The translations under genes and the position numbers were made by a program. DNA of 64,000 nt, from positions 36,913 to 100,912 of the forward strand of contig CALWRI010000002.1 of the NCBI GenBank assembly GCA_944383905.1, in the 5' to 3' direction. Below the pieces are notes generated by a model. It had not been told where the DNA came from. It did not search any database and saw only the letters and a list, made by a program, of their open reading frames with translations. This stretch comes from an uncultured Christensenellaceae bacterium (GTDB lineage: Bacteria; Bacillota; Clostridia; Christensenellales; UBA3700). Below, piece after piece: positions 7,944 to 16,429 of this stretch (position 1 is the first letter of the stretch; the number at the start of each line of letters is the position of its first letter).

Positions 7944-9338
7944 TTATCCTCTTACGCCAGCGTTTTGAGGAATGTCGGGCAAACTTGCAAATCCCGCTTT
8001 GAGATCGTTGTCCGTCGGAATGAAGTCGGTCATCGTCTTGTCGTTGAACGCCTTGTATGCCGCCATATCGAAGTAACCCGTGCCCGTCAGACCGAACAGT
8101 ATCTTCTTGTGCTCGCCCGTTTCCTTGCATTTGAGCGCCTCGTCGACGGCGACTCTGATAGCGTGCGAAGATTCGGGTGCAGGCAGTATACCTTCGCATT
8201 TTGCAAACATCTCTGCAGCCTCGAAAACCTTGGTCTGTTCGACGCTTCTCGCGGTCATATAGCCGTCGTGATACAGTTTGGAAAGTATCGGGCTCATGCC
8301 GTGATAACGGAGTCCTCCCGCATGGTTGGGAGAAGGCAGGAAGCCGCTGCCCAGCGTGTACATTCTCGCAAGCGGGGTCGTCTTGCCCGTGTCGCAGAAG
8401 TCGTAAGCGTAAACGCCTCTCGTAAGCGAAGGACAGCTTGCGGGTTCGACCGCGATGAACTGAATATCGTTTTTGCCTTCCAGCCTATCCGCCATAAACG
8501 GAGCGATAAGTCCCGCAAGATTGGAACCGCCGCCCGCACAACCGATAACGAGATCGGGGGTGACGCCGTATTTGTCGAGCGCCGCTTTCGCCTCGAGACC
8601 GATGACGCTCTGATGAAGCGCGACATGGTCAAGTACGCTGCCGAGGACGTATCTGCAATTGGGCGTCGAAGTAGCTACTTCGATCGCTTCGGAGATCGCG
8701 CAGCCGAGCGATCCGCCGGTATTGGGGTGCTCCTTGAGAATGGCTCTGCCGACCTTGGTCGTCTCGGACGGAGACGGTATTACCTGCGCGCCGTAAGTGC
8801 GCATGACCTCTTTGCGGTACGGCTTCTGTTCGCTTGAAACCTTGACCATATACACTTTGAGGTCTATGCCGTAAAACGCGCACGCCATGGAAAGCGCCGT
8901 ACCCCATTGTCCCGCGCCCGTTTCGGTGGTAAGAGAGGTTATGCCTTGTTCTTTTGCATAATACGCCTGCGCCACAGCGCTGTTGAGTTTGTGAGAGCCG
9001 GAGGTGTTGTTGCCTTCGAATTTGTAATAAATCTCCGCGGGGGTGCCCAGCGCCTTTTCAAGCTCGTAAGCTCTGACGAGCGGAGACGGTCTGTACATCT
9101 TGTAAAAATCGCGTATTCCTTCGGAAATATCGATATATTTATCCGTGCTGTTGAGCTCCTGATCTATGACTTTGTCACAGAACACGGGACGAAGATCGTC
9201 CTTCGTGCACGGCTTGAGCGTCGCGGGATTGAGGAACGGATCGTGCTGTTCCTTCATGAACGCCTTGAGGTTGAGCCATTTTTTTGGGATCTCTTCCTCT
9301 GGCAGATATATTTTGTACGGTATTTTATCGTTTTTCAT
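7944..9338 (-). CDS. TrpB-like PLP-dependent enzyme (tryptophan synthase beta-chain-related, TrpB2 type)
   Basis: 464-aa ORF containing YYKFEGNNTSGSHKLNSAVAQAYYAKEQG (PLP lysine motif) and GCAGGGSNLAG. The long N-terminal extension is typical of TrpB2. No trpA gene is adjacent. Confidence 0.85.
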   Translation of the reverse strand: MKNDKIPYKIYLPEEEIPKKWLNLKAFMKEQHDPFLNPATLKPCTKDDLRPVFCDKVIDQELNSTDKYIDISEGIRDFYKMYRPSPLVRAYELEKALGTPAEIYYKFEGNNTSGSHKLNSAVAQAYYAKEQGITSLTTETGAGQWGTALSMACAFYGIDLKVYMVKVSSEQKPYRKEVMRTYGAQVIPSPSETTKVGRAILKEHPNTGGSLGCAISEAIEVATSTPNCRYVLGSVLDHVALHQSVIGLEAKAALDKYGVTPDLVIGCAGGGSNLAGLIAPFMADRLEGKNDIQFIAVEPASCPSLTRGVYAYDFCDTGKTTPLARMYTLGSGFLPSPNHAGGLRYHGMSPILSKLYHDGYMTARSVEQTKVFEAAEMFAKCEGILPAPESSHAIRVAVDEALKCKETGEHKKILFGLTGTGYFDMAAYKAFNDKTMTDFIPTDNDLKAGFASLPDIPQNAGVRG

Positions 9339-9410
9339 AATATGATTCTCCTGTTATTTACGTTTTTGCGGCTTTGACCGAGCGCCGTAAGGCATTTGCG
9401 CAGCGACTAT

Positions 9411-9442
9411 AAAAAAATCGTTCGGCATAACATGTCAAACGA
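9411..9442 (-). terminator. candidate attenuator hairpin plus U7 in the TrpB-like leader
   Basis: On the minus strand: TCGTTTG-11 nt loop-CGAACGA (7 bp including one G.U pair), followed by ATTTTTTT. Confidence 0.45.
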
Positions 9443-9446
9443 AATA

Positions 9447-9485
9447 CTACCGCGAACGCCATCGCGTAAAATATGCTGAATTCAT
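9447..9485 (-). CDS. candidate 12-codon leader peptide MNSAYFTRWRSR
   Basis: ATG lies 6 nt after GAAGGAGAAG. The peptide has one Trp codon and its stop is 5 nt before the hairpin. It is too short for the ORF track. Confidence 0.3.
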   Translation of the reverse strand: MNSAYFTRWRSR

Positions 9486-9556
9486 GTCTGTCTTCTCCTT
9501 CTTTTCTTGTCTTGTCTCAACCAGCAAATCCACTAGGATCCGCTCGGTATGATATT

Positions 9557-9585
9557 ATATTACATTATCTTTTGCGCGTTGTCAA
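9557..9585 (-). promoter_or_regulatory. sigma-A-like promoter of the TrpB-like gene
   Basis: On the minus strand: TTGACA, a 17-nt spacer, then TAATAT. This leaves a ~210-nt leader. Confidence 0.55.
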
Positions 9586-9613
9586 CGCATTTCAAAAACA
9601 AAATCCGCGTTTT

Positions 9614-10768
9614 TCAGTTTTTCGTATAATATCTCGTCATCAGTACGAGCTGTATGTCCGAAAGCTCTATTTCGTAAGTTACGTTGCCCTCGTCGTCGGG
9701 CTCCGAAGGCGTTACTTCCCAGAAATTGCCGTCGTTGTAGCTGCCCGTGCCGAGATCCTGACCGTTGAATTTGAGATATATATTGTTGAAGAACTCCGAT
9801 ATTTTGTTGAGCGCGCCTTTTGACTTCCAGAATTCTGCCTCGCTATTTAACTCGGTCAGAACGGGACTTTCGTTTATCTGCTTTTCGTATTCGTCGTATT
9901 TCTCCTTGTCGAGCAAGTTGAGCACGTTCATCATTCTCCCGTAATACTCGGTCATCGCCGCGTATCTCAAAAGGTCGTTGTCGCTGTTTATCAGGACGTA
10001 AGTCGCGACGAGGTTGGCGTCCTCCTCCCTCATAATGCCGATAGAATGTGCCATTTCGTGCGCAGTCGTGAATATCTTGTCGCACAGCGGAGCCTGCTCG
10101 TTTACGTTTGCTTCGCCTATCGGCGTAAAGGTGATCCCTATGAGATACAGCTCGCTCATAAGCGGCGAAAACGCCATGCCTTTCGCAAGCGGAACAAAGT
10201 CGCAATAATAGTCGTCGGTAAGTTTTTCGTATTCCTTGCGTATGAGAGCGGACAGATCCTCGACGCTTCCGCCGTAAACGGGCACGCCTTGCTCGTCTCT
10301 TTCAAGCGAGTAAGCAACGTCGAGAAAATCCGCCATGAAATTGTCTATCGCTTCGAGCTGTTCTTCCTGCGAAAGCTCTCCGTTGGCGTAAATATCGAGA
10401 GGAGGCTCCTCCCTGTTGTATGCGAACGACGTGTCGAGCATATACACCGACACCACGCAAAGCACCGTGGCGACGAGTGTGGTAAACGAACACAATCCTG
10501 CGGAAAACCTGCGTTTTGCAAGCATGACTATACATCTGATTATCAGAAAGAGCGCGGCTACGACCGCAATGCAGACAAGCAATTCGAAAAGAGAAAACGG
10601 GAGCGCAGAGGACAGTCTGCCCAGCGACGAAGTCAACGCAAACGTGACGGCGCGCGTCGCCTTTTCGCTTAAAGCGACGTCCCTCGAAAGAACGGCGACG
10701 ACAACGATCAGTACGATCGCAAGCGCCGCGCAAATACCGTTGAATATCATCCTGCGCCTTTCTTTCAC
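9614..10768 (-). CDS. DUF3810-family membrane-anchored putative zinc metalloprotease
   Basis: 384-aa ORF with N-terminal TM helices and GITFTPIGEANVN...TTAHEMAHSIGIMREEDANLVA (an HExxH motif). The start may be GTG at 10768 or ATG at 10750. Confidence 0.75.
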   Translation of the reverse strand: MKERRRMIFNGICAALAIVLIVVVAVLSRDVALSEKATRAVTFALTSSLGRLSSALPFSLFELLVCIAVVAALFLIIRCIVMLAKRRFSAGLCSFTTLVATVLCVVSVYMLDTSFAYNREEPPLDIYANGELSQEEQLEAIDNFMADFLDVAYSLERDEQGVPVYGGSVEDLSALIRKEYEKLTDDYYCDFVPLAKGMAFSPLMSELYLIGITFTPIGEANVNEQAPLCDKIFTTAHEMAHSIGIMREEDANLVATYVLINSDNDLLRYAAMTEYYGRMMNVLNLLDKEKYDEYEKQINESPVLTELNSEAEFWKSKGALNKISEFFNNIYLKFNGQDLGTGSYNDGNFWEVTPSEPDDEGNVTYEIELSDIQLVLMTRYYTKN

Positions 10769-10787
10769 AACAGCCTCTCAATGCGTT

Positions 10788-11519
10788 TCAAACGCGCTTT
10801 TCTTTCTCTTTTCCGTCGACATTCTCCGGGGCGGAAGCCTCGTCTTTGTCGTCATTTTCCCCGTCCGCGTCCTTCCTTCCGCCGTTTTCGCCAAAGCCGT
10901 CGAAGACGTCGCCTTCGACCTTTTCGATCTTTGCCTCGCTCTTTACATCGTCGCCACCGACGGACGTGCGCGAGCGCCTGTCACCGCCGACGTATTTCGT
11001 GACTATCCTGCCCATATTGACGAAGACGAGCCGATAAAGCGGATCGTATACGCAAAAGCACGCAAGCCCGACGAGCATAAACAGCGGGAGCGTCCAGTCG
11101 ACGCCGAACAGATCTATATCTGCGATCACGATTTTCATAAGCGTAAGACAACCGTAAAACGCCGCCGAGAAAAAGCCGAGTTTGAAGACGGTTATCATCG
11201 CTATTTTGCACCACTTGGGAAGTCTGACCTTTTTGTAGAATACGAAGTCGAGCGCATACTGAATTATCGAATACGGCGCGTAAAACAAGATGAACGGCAA
11301 AGCCTTCACGTTTACGATGAGAAAACATATCACGCCCGAAGCGACGTAAGAAAAAACAGCTCCCCCCACGGACTTCTGCGTGAGAGGAAGCGATATTGCG
11401 AGCGCCGCGATCACGTTTATCGCAATGCTCGCCGCGGAGACGTACGCCTGCGCCACGACCGCAATGACCGCGAGCGCGCAGGATACCGCCGCAAGAGCTA
11501 TTTTGTAACTGCGTCTCAT
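10788..11519 (-). CDS. polytopic membrane protein with an acidic C-terminal tail, function unknown
   Basis: 243-aa ORF with about 5-6 hydrophobic helices, then a tail rich in D/E/K/G. Its start is 1 nt after the J-protein stop. Confidence 0.6.
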   Translation of the reverse strand: MRRSYKIALAAVSCALAVIAVVAQAYVSAASIAINVIAALAISLPLTQKSVGGAVFSYVASGVICFLIVNVKALPFILFYAPYSIIQYALDFVFYKKVRLPKWCKIAMITVFKLGFFSAAFYGCLTLMKIVIADIDLFGVDWTLPLFMLVGLACFCVYDPLYRLVFVNMGRIVTKYVGGDRRSRTSVGGDDVKSEAKIEKVEGDVFDGFGENGGRKDADGENDDKDEASAPENVDGKEKEKRV

Positions 11520-11520
11520 T

Positions 11521-12174
11521 TCAGCAGCAAGGGATGAGATCCCCGCCCATCATTTCGCAACAGCAGTCGCAACAGATAAGAGTCGAACAGGTGTTGCAGC
11601 AAGCGGTCGACGTATCGGGACCGGCGTCGGATTGCCCGGGTCTCGCATAGCCGCCCCTCTGCCGTCCGTAAGGATTTGCCGTTTCGTCCGCGGAATTGTT
11701 CGTGGTCGTGCCGGCATTGTTGATAAGAGCGGTCAACTTTGAATGACTCGTCTTGTACTTTTGATTCTCGGGGTCGAGAGTCATAGCGATCTCGAGCTGT
11801 TTTTTACTTTCGACGTGCCAGTTTCTTTTATAATATATTATCGCCTGAACGTAATGCCATTCCGCGTCGCGGCTTTCCGCCATATCGAGCCTTGTCTGCG
11901 CCTCGTCCAGCTTTCCCTGCCTGATCAGTTCCTCGACGGGAGCGAGCCTGCTTGCGTTCTCCGAGACGGAAACGCGATTTTGAAGATCGTCGAGACAATC
12001 CGCATACGCCCTGTCGATCTCTCCGAGCGCACGGGTAGCCTCCGCGCCTTCTTCGCCCTCTCTGAAGCGCAGTTCTTCGTATTTGCGGCGCAACGCGCGG
12101 TAGGCGTTTTCCACCTGTTCCTGCGTGGCATCGTTTTTGAGTCCGAGCACTAAATACGGATCTTTTGCTTGCAC
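11521..12174 (-). CDS. J-domain protein with a TPR-like middle region and a C-terminal cysteine string
   Basis: DPYLVLGLKNDATQEQVENAYRALRRKY is a DnaJ-type J-domain start. The C-terminus is ACCNTCSTLICCDCCCEMMGGDLIPCC. I prefer the GTG start at 12174, which overlaps the upstream gene by 25 nt. The track start at 12300 would overlap it by 151 nt. Confidence 0.75.
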   Translation of the reverse strand: MQAKDPYLVLGLKNDATQEQVENAYRALRRKYEELRFREGEEGAEATRALGEIDRAYADCLDDLQNRVSVSENASRLAPVEELIRQGKLDEAQTRLDMAESRDAEWHYVQAIIYYKRNWHVESKKQLEIAMTLDPENQKYKTSHSKLTALINNAGTTTNNSADETANPYGRQRGGYARPGQSDAGPDTSTACCNTCSTLICCDCCCEMMGGDLIPCC

Positions 12175-13025
12175 TTGTCGGTCCTCCTTAAAATTCTGTC
12201 CGTCTGCTCTTTCAGACCGTACCAGACGACGTTTGTCACTACGCCTTCGTATGCCTTGAGCTTTACGTTGTCGAACGAGTTGTTTATCTCTTTTAGACAA
12301 CAGTTGAGAATAAACGCGGCGTCTTCGCCCTTATCCCTGACGAAAGAAGCTCTGTCTTTATATTCGTAGCCCGTCAGAAAGACGTTGAATTCCTTTTTCT
12401 TCGCGTCCTCGTCCGCATCGTCGTACGCGTCGGCGAAATAAACCCACCTGCCGAGGTTGTACATCATGTTTCCTGCCGCCTCGCTGTAATCCTCTTTCGC
12501 AAGGATACGCGTGAGTTCTTTGAGTATCGTCGCAAACTGATGCGCGATAAGGTCCTCGTTTTCGCAGCGTTCCGATTCCAGCCTGCCGAGCTCCTCGTAT
12601 CCCGTCCTGACGATCTCTGCGATTTCCGGGTTTCTCTTGCGCGCCTTTTTGAAATGGCGCTTTATCACAAGCGCGTCCGCCGCCTTCTTACCCGCGCTCT
12701 TGTCGTCGTTGACGTCGTCCGCGGCTTTGTAATGAGCGAGTATCGTATTGACGTCCGCTATCCCGAGCATCAGAGGAGTCGGTTTTATCACGGATTTTTT
12801 TCTGACGGGATTGAGTATGCACCCCTCGTTTTTTATCTCCGTCTTTTCTCCCGTGAGCGCGTGCAGAAACACGCTGAAAAACGTCATGTCGTAATTCGTC
12901 GTCAGTCTCATCAGCTGACCGCACCTTTTGCCTATGCACTTGCACAGACCGCAGTAAAACGCGCGGTACAGCGTAAAGTCCTTGACAAACATATTGGGCT
13001 TGTCTGGGATAACGTATCCGAACAT
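12150..13025 (-). CDS. DUF5685-family protein
   Basis: 291-aa ORF. The N-terminus MFGYVIPDKPNMFVKDFTLYRAFYCGLCKCIGKRCG matches the DUF5685 signature as I recall it. The ATG shares 1 nt with the trpS stop (TAATG). Confidence 0.7.
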   Translation of the reverse strand: MFGYVIPDKPNMFVKDFTLYRAFYCGLCKCIGKRCGQLMRLTTNYDMTFFSVFLHALTGEKTEIKNEGCILNPVRKKSVIKPTPLMLGIADVNTILAHYKAADDVNDDKSAGKKAADALVIKRHFKKARKRNPEIAEIVRTGYEELGRLESERCENEDLIAHQFATILKELTRILAKEDYSEAAGNMMYNLGRWVYFADAYDDADEDAKKKEFNVFLTGYEYKDRASFVRDKGEDAAFILNCCLKEINNSFDNVKLKAYEGVVTNVVWYGLKEQTDRILRRTDKCKQKIRI

Positions 13026-14023
13026 TACATCACGAATCCTATCTTTTCTTTTACTTCTTTCAGCGTTTTTTCCGCAATGGCGGAAGCTCTCTCTGCGCCG
13101 TTTTTCGCAACCTTGAGGAGATAGTCTTCGTCACCCCTGATACTCTCGAAGCGCTCTCTGAAAGGACGGAGCATTTCGACCACGGCGTCCGCTGTAGCGA
13201 GTTTGAGATGGCCGTACATCTTGCCTTCGAATTCCTTTACGAGAGAATCCATATCCTGCTTGCGCGCGATGGAAAGTATGGTGAGAAGATTGGACACGCC
13301 CGGCTTGTTTTCGGGGTCGTAAATTATCTCCGAACCGCTGTCGGTCACGGCTCTCTTTATCTTTGCGACGATGTCCTTCTCGCTGTCGAGCACTCCTATG
13401 ACCGCGTTGGGATTGGGGTCGGACTTGCTCATCTTTGCGAGCGGATTCTGCAAGCTGGCGATCTTTGCGCCGAACTTCTTGACTCTCGCTTCGGGCACCG
13501 TAAAGGTGTCGCCGTATATATTGTTAAAGCGCAGCGCAATGTCTCTCGCGATCTCGAGATGCTGGCGCTGGTCTATGCCTACGGGCACGCTGTCGGTCTT
13601 GAAAAGCAGAATGTCCGCCGCCATAAGCACGGGATAATCCATGAGCCCCATATTTATATTGTCCGCATGTTTTTCGGATTTTTCCTTGAATTGGGTCATT
13701 CTGTTCATTTCACCGACGTATGTGTAGCAGTTGAGAAGCCACGACAGTTCGCTGTGCTCGTGAACGTGCGATTGGAAATATACTATATTCTTGTTTTCGT
13801 CTATGCCTGCCGCCAGAAGAAGCGCAAACATATCGAGAGAGTTCTTGCGAAGCGCGGCGGGATCCTGCCTCACCGTAATCGTATGCAGATCGGCGACCTC
13901 GAAGATACAGAAATTGCCCTCCTCATTCTGCATTTCGCTCCACTCGTTTACAGCGCCTATATAGTTGCCGAGAGTCATGATGCCGGTGGGTTGGATGCCG
14001 CTGTAGATCACCTTTCTTTTCAT
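13025..14023 (-). CDS. trpS: tryptophan--tRNA ligase
   Basis: 332-aa ORF with YSGIQPTGIMTLGNYIGA (HIGH region) and KMSKS (AKMSKSDP). Confidence 0.92.
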   Translation of the reverse strand: MKRKVIYSGIQPTGIMTLGNYIGAVNEWSEMQNEEGNFCIFEVADLHTITVRQDPAALRKNSLDMFALLLAAGIDENKNIVYFQSHVHEHSELSWLLNCYTYVGEMNRMTQFKEKSEKHADNINMGLMDYPVLMAADILLFKTDSVPVGIDQRQHLEIARDIALRFNNIYGDTFTVPEARVKKFGAKIASLQNPLAKMSKSDPNPNAVIGVLDSEKDIVAKIKRAVTDSGSEIIYDPENKPGVSNLLTILSIARKQDMDSLVKEFEGKMYGHLKLATADAVVEMLRPFRERFESIRGDEDYLLKVAKNGAERASAIAEKTLKEVKEKIGFVM

Positions 14024-14196
14024 TGCTTAACCTCTAAAAAAGATATTTGCAATATTATAACACAAATATAACCTTACTGCAAAGATTTTGCGCTCAAGTT
14101 TGGGGATTTTGCCCTTTTGTTACCTTATTTTTCAAAATTTTATCACGCGAGCGTTAAAAACGCGTTAAAATCACGCGCAAAAGCGGTTTTCCCCTC

Positions 14197-14225
14197 TTTA
14201 CACGAGCGCCCCGTTTTTGTATAAT
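14197..14225 (+). promoter_or_regulatory. sigma-A-like promoter placed for a leaderless dGTPase-like mRNA
   Basis: TTTACA, a 17-nt spacer, then TATAAT. The ATG (14232) starts 7 nt after the -10 box and has no SD. Confidence 0.55.
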
Positions 14226-14231
14226 AAAACC

Positions 14232-15236
14232 ATGGAAGATTACAAAAAGACCGTTTACGAAAAAGAAGCAATGTTTTTCAGTCCCTACGCCTGCCGTTCG
14301 GACGCAAGCAAAGGCAGAGTCAGGGAGGAAAAACCCTGTCCTCTCCGCACCGATTTCATGAGGGACAGAGACCGCATCGTGCACAGCAAGTCTTTCCGCC
14401 GTCTCAAACACAAAACGCAGGTATTCATATCCCCAGAAGGCGATCATTACCGCACGAGACTGACGCATACTCTCGAAGTGGCGCAGATAGGCAGGACGAT
14501 AGCGCGCGCTCTCAATCTCAACGAGGATCTGATCGAGGCGATCGCGCTCGGACACGACCTCGGACACACGCCTTTCGGACACGCGGGCGAAAGCGTGCTC
14601 GACAAACTGATCGAAGGCGGCTTCTCTCACAATGAACAGAGCCTGCGCATCGTCGAACTTCTCGAAAACGACGGCAAAGGACTCAACCTGACGTTCGAGG
14701 TCAGAGACGGCATTGTAAATCACAAATTCAGCGGAAAACCCGCAACTCTCGAAGGCGAGATAATAAAATACGCGGACAGGTTCGCATATATCAATCACGA
14801 CATCGAAGACGCGATCTGCGCGGGCGTACTCAAAGAGTCGGAGCTTCCCAAAGACTGCACGGAGCTTCTCGGTCACAGCAAGAGCGCGAGGATAAACAGC
14901 CTGATACTCGACATAGTCGGCAACAGTTACGGCAAACCGTTCGTAAAGCAGTCTCCGGACTTTGAAGCCATGCACCTCAAGCTGCACAGATTCATGTTTG
15001 AAAGCGTGTACACCAACCCTATCGCAAAGGGAGAGGAAAAGAAAACGCTCGCGCTTATCGAGCTGCTCTTCGATCACTACATGAAAAAGCCGGAAGAACT
15101 GCCCGCCTTTTTCCGTTCTCTGCTCGAAACGACTCCCCGCGACCGCGTCGTCGGGGATTATATCGCCAGCTTTACCGACAGATACGCCGTGCGCACCTTC
15201 CACGAGATATTCACTCCGAAAGGCTGGAACGTATAA
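14232..15236 (+). CDS. dgt: deoxyguanosinetriphosphate triphosphohydrolase-like HD-domain protein
   Basis: Contains RTDFMRDRDRIVHSKSFRRLKHKTQVF and HTLEVAQIGR...GHDLGHTPFGH. I prefer the ATG at 14232 over the TTG at 14217. Confidence 0.88.
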   Translation: MEDYKKTVYEKEAMFFSPYACRSDASKGRVREEKPCPLRTDFMRDRDRIVHSKSFRRLKHKTQVFISPEGDHYRTRLTHTLEVAQIGRTIARALNLNEDLIEAIALGHDLGHTPFGHAGESVLDKLIEGGFSHNEQSLRIVELLENDGKGLNLTFEVRDGIVNHKFSGKPATLEGEIIKYADRFAYINHDIEDAICAGVLKESELPKDCTELLGHSKSARINSLILDIVGNSYGKPFVKQSPDFEAMHLKLHRFMFESVYTNPIAKGEEKKTLALIELLFDHYMKKPEELPAFFRSLLETTPRDRVVGDYIASFTDRYAVRTFHEIFTPKGWNV

Positions 15237-15263
15237 GATTTTCGCTTGTTCACCGAACAAAAC

Positions 15264-15296
15264 GACGGACGGGCAAAAGCTCCGTCCGTCTTTGTT
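15264..15296. terminator. bidirectional terminator between convergent dgt and ilvE
   Basis: GACGGACGG-gcaaaagct-CCGTCCGTC, flanked by T-rich runs on both strands. Confidence 0.7.
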
Positions 15297-15349
15297 ATCT
15301 CACAATGAAAACGCCGCCCTTGCGGACGGCGCTCTTTTTGTTTGTCGCG

Positions 15350-16405
15350 TCAGTTTATCTGAGTGACCCAGCCGAATTCGTCGGCGTATTTTTCCTGCTG
15401 TATACCCGTGATCTTGTCGTAAAGGAACGCGGTTATCTCGCCCATCTTGCCGCCGTTGACGACCATATCTTTGCCCTTGTAGCCGATAACTCCGACAGGA
15501 GAAATGACCGCCGCGGTGCCCGTGCCGAAACACTCGCGGAGCGTGCCGTCTTCGTATGCCTTGACGACCTCGTCGATCGAGATCCTTCTCTCGCTCGCCT
15601 TGTAACCGTACTTTTTGAGCACCTCGAGACAGCTCTTTCTCGTAATTCCGGGAAGAATACTGCCGACGAGCTGCGGAGTGACGACTTCGTCGCCTATCAC
15701 GAAAAAGATGTTCATACTGCCGACTTCCTCGACATACTTGTGCTCTTTGCCGTCAAGCCAGAGCGCCTGATCGTAACCGAGCGCGTTCGCCTTTTCGCCG
15801 CCGAGCAACGAGCAAGCGTAGTTGCCCGAGCATTTCGCTTCGCCCGTACCTCCGATGAACGCTCTGACGAGAGTGTCCTCGACGAGGATCTTCGTGGGTT
15901 CGAGACCGTGAGCGTAATAGGAGCCGACGGGAGAAAGAATGATGCAGAAAACGTATTTTTTGCTTGCGTGCACGCCGAGCACTTCTTCGTTGGCGAACAT
16001 AAACGGACGGATATAAAGCGCGGTACCAGGCTTTGTCGGGATCCATTCGCTTTCCAGCTTGAGGAGTTCGAACAACGCGGGTTTGACGACGTCTGCGTCA
16101 AACTGCGGCATGCACATTCTCTTTGCGGAATTGTTCATTCTGACAAAGTTGTCGTCGATACGGAAAACGGTTATCTTTCCTTGCTCGTTCTTGTACGCCT
16201 TCGCGCCCTCGAAAATGCTCTGCGCATAATGCAGTACGTTTGTGGCGGGAGCCATCGGGAAAGAAGCGTAAGGCACTATCTCGGGCTCTTTCCAAGCGCC
16301 GTTTTCGTATTCCATCACCAGCATATGGTCGGTGAAATACTTGCCGAAGCCGAGTTTGGTAAAGTCGGGTTTTTGCTTCAAAACTTGAGATCTGGTTATC
16401 TTCAT
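15350..16405 (-). CDS. ilvE: branched-chain amino acid aminotransferase
   Basis: Contains MKITRSQVLKQKPDFTKLGFGKYFTDHML and the GTGAAKCSGNYA-like stretch GGTGEAKCSGNYACSL. The ATG at 16405 is preferred. Confidence 0.9.
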   Translation of the reverse strand: MKITRSQVLKQKPDFTKLGFGKYFTDHMLVMEYENGAWKEPEIVPYASFPMAPATNVLHYAQSIFEGAKAYKNEQGKITVFRIDDNFVRMNNSAKRMCMPQFDADVVKPALFELLKLESEWIPTKPGTALYIRPFMFANEEVLGVHASKKYVFCIILSPVGSYYAHGLEPTKILVEDTLVRAFIGGTGEAKCSGNYACSLLGGEKANALGYDQALWLDGKEHKYVEEVGSMNIFFVIGDEVVTPQLVGSILPGITRKSCLEVLKKYGYKASERRISIDEVVKAYEDGTLRECFGTGTAAVISPVGVIGYKGKDMVVNGGKMGEITAFLYDKITGIQQEKYADEFGWVTQIN

Positions 16406-16429
16406 AAAAATACCCCGCAATTTGTTTTC

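Noticed and set aside
7276-7968. Overlapping plus-strand ORFs (71-143 aa) in the trpB-like/pit gap.
   Set aside because: They are mutually overlapping in different frames and are Ser/Leu/Phe/Arg-rich because the strand is pyrimidine-rich. They have no SD, and one runs through the trpB-like terminator into the gene.
9445-9456. TACTACCGCG in the trpB-like upstream region, which resembles the T-box core GGTACCGCG.
   Set aside because: It is on the wrong strand for the downstream gene, lacks the GGTGG part, and has no Stem I or specifier features.
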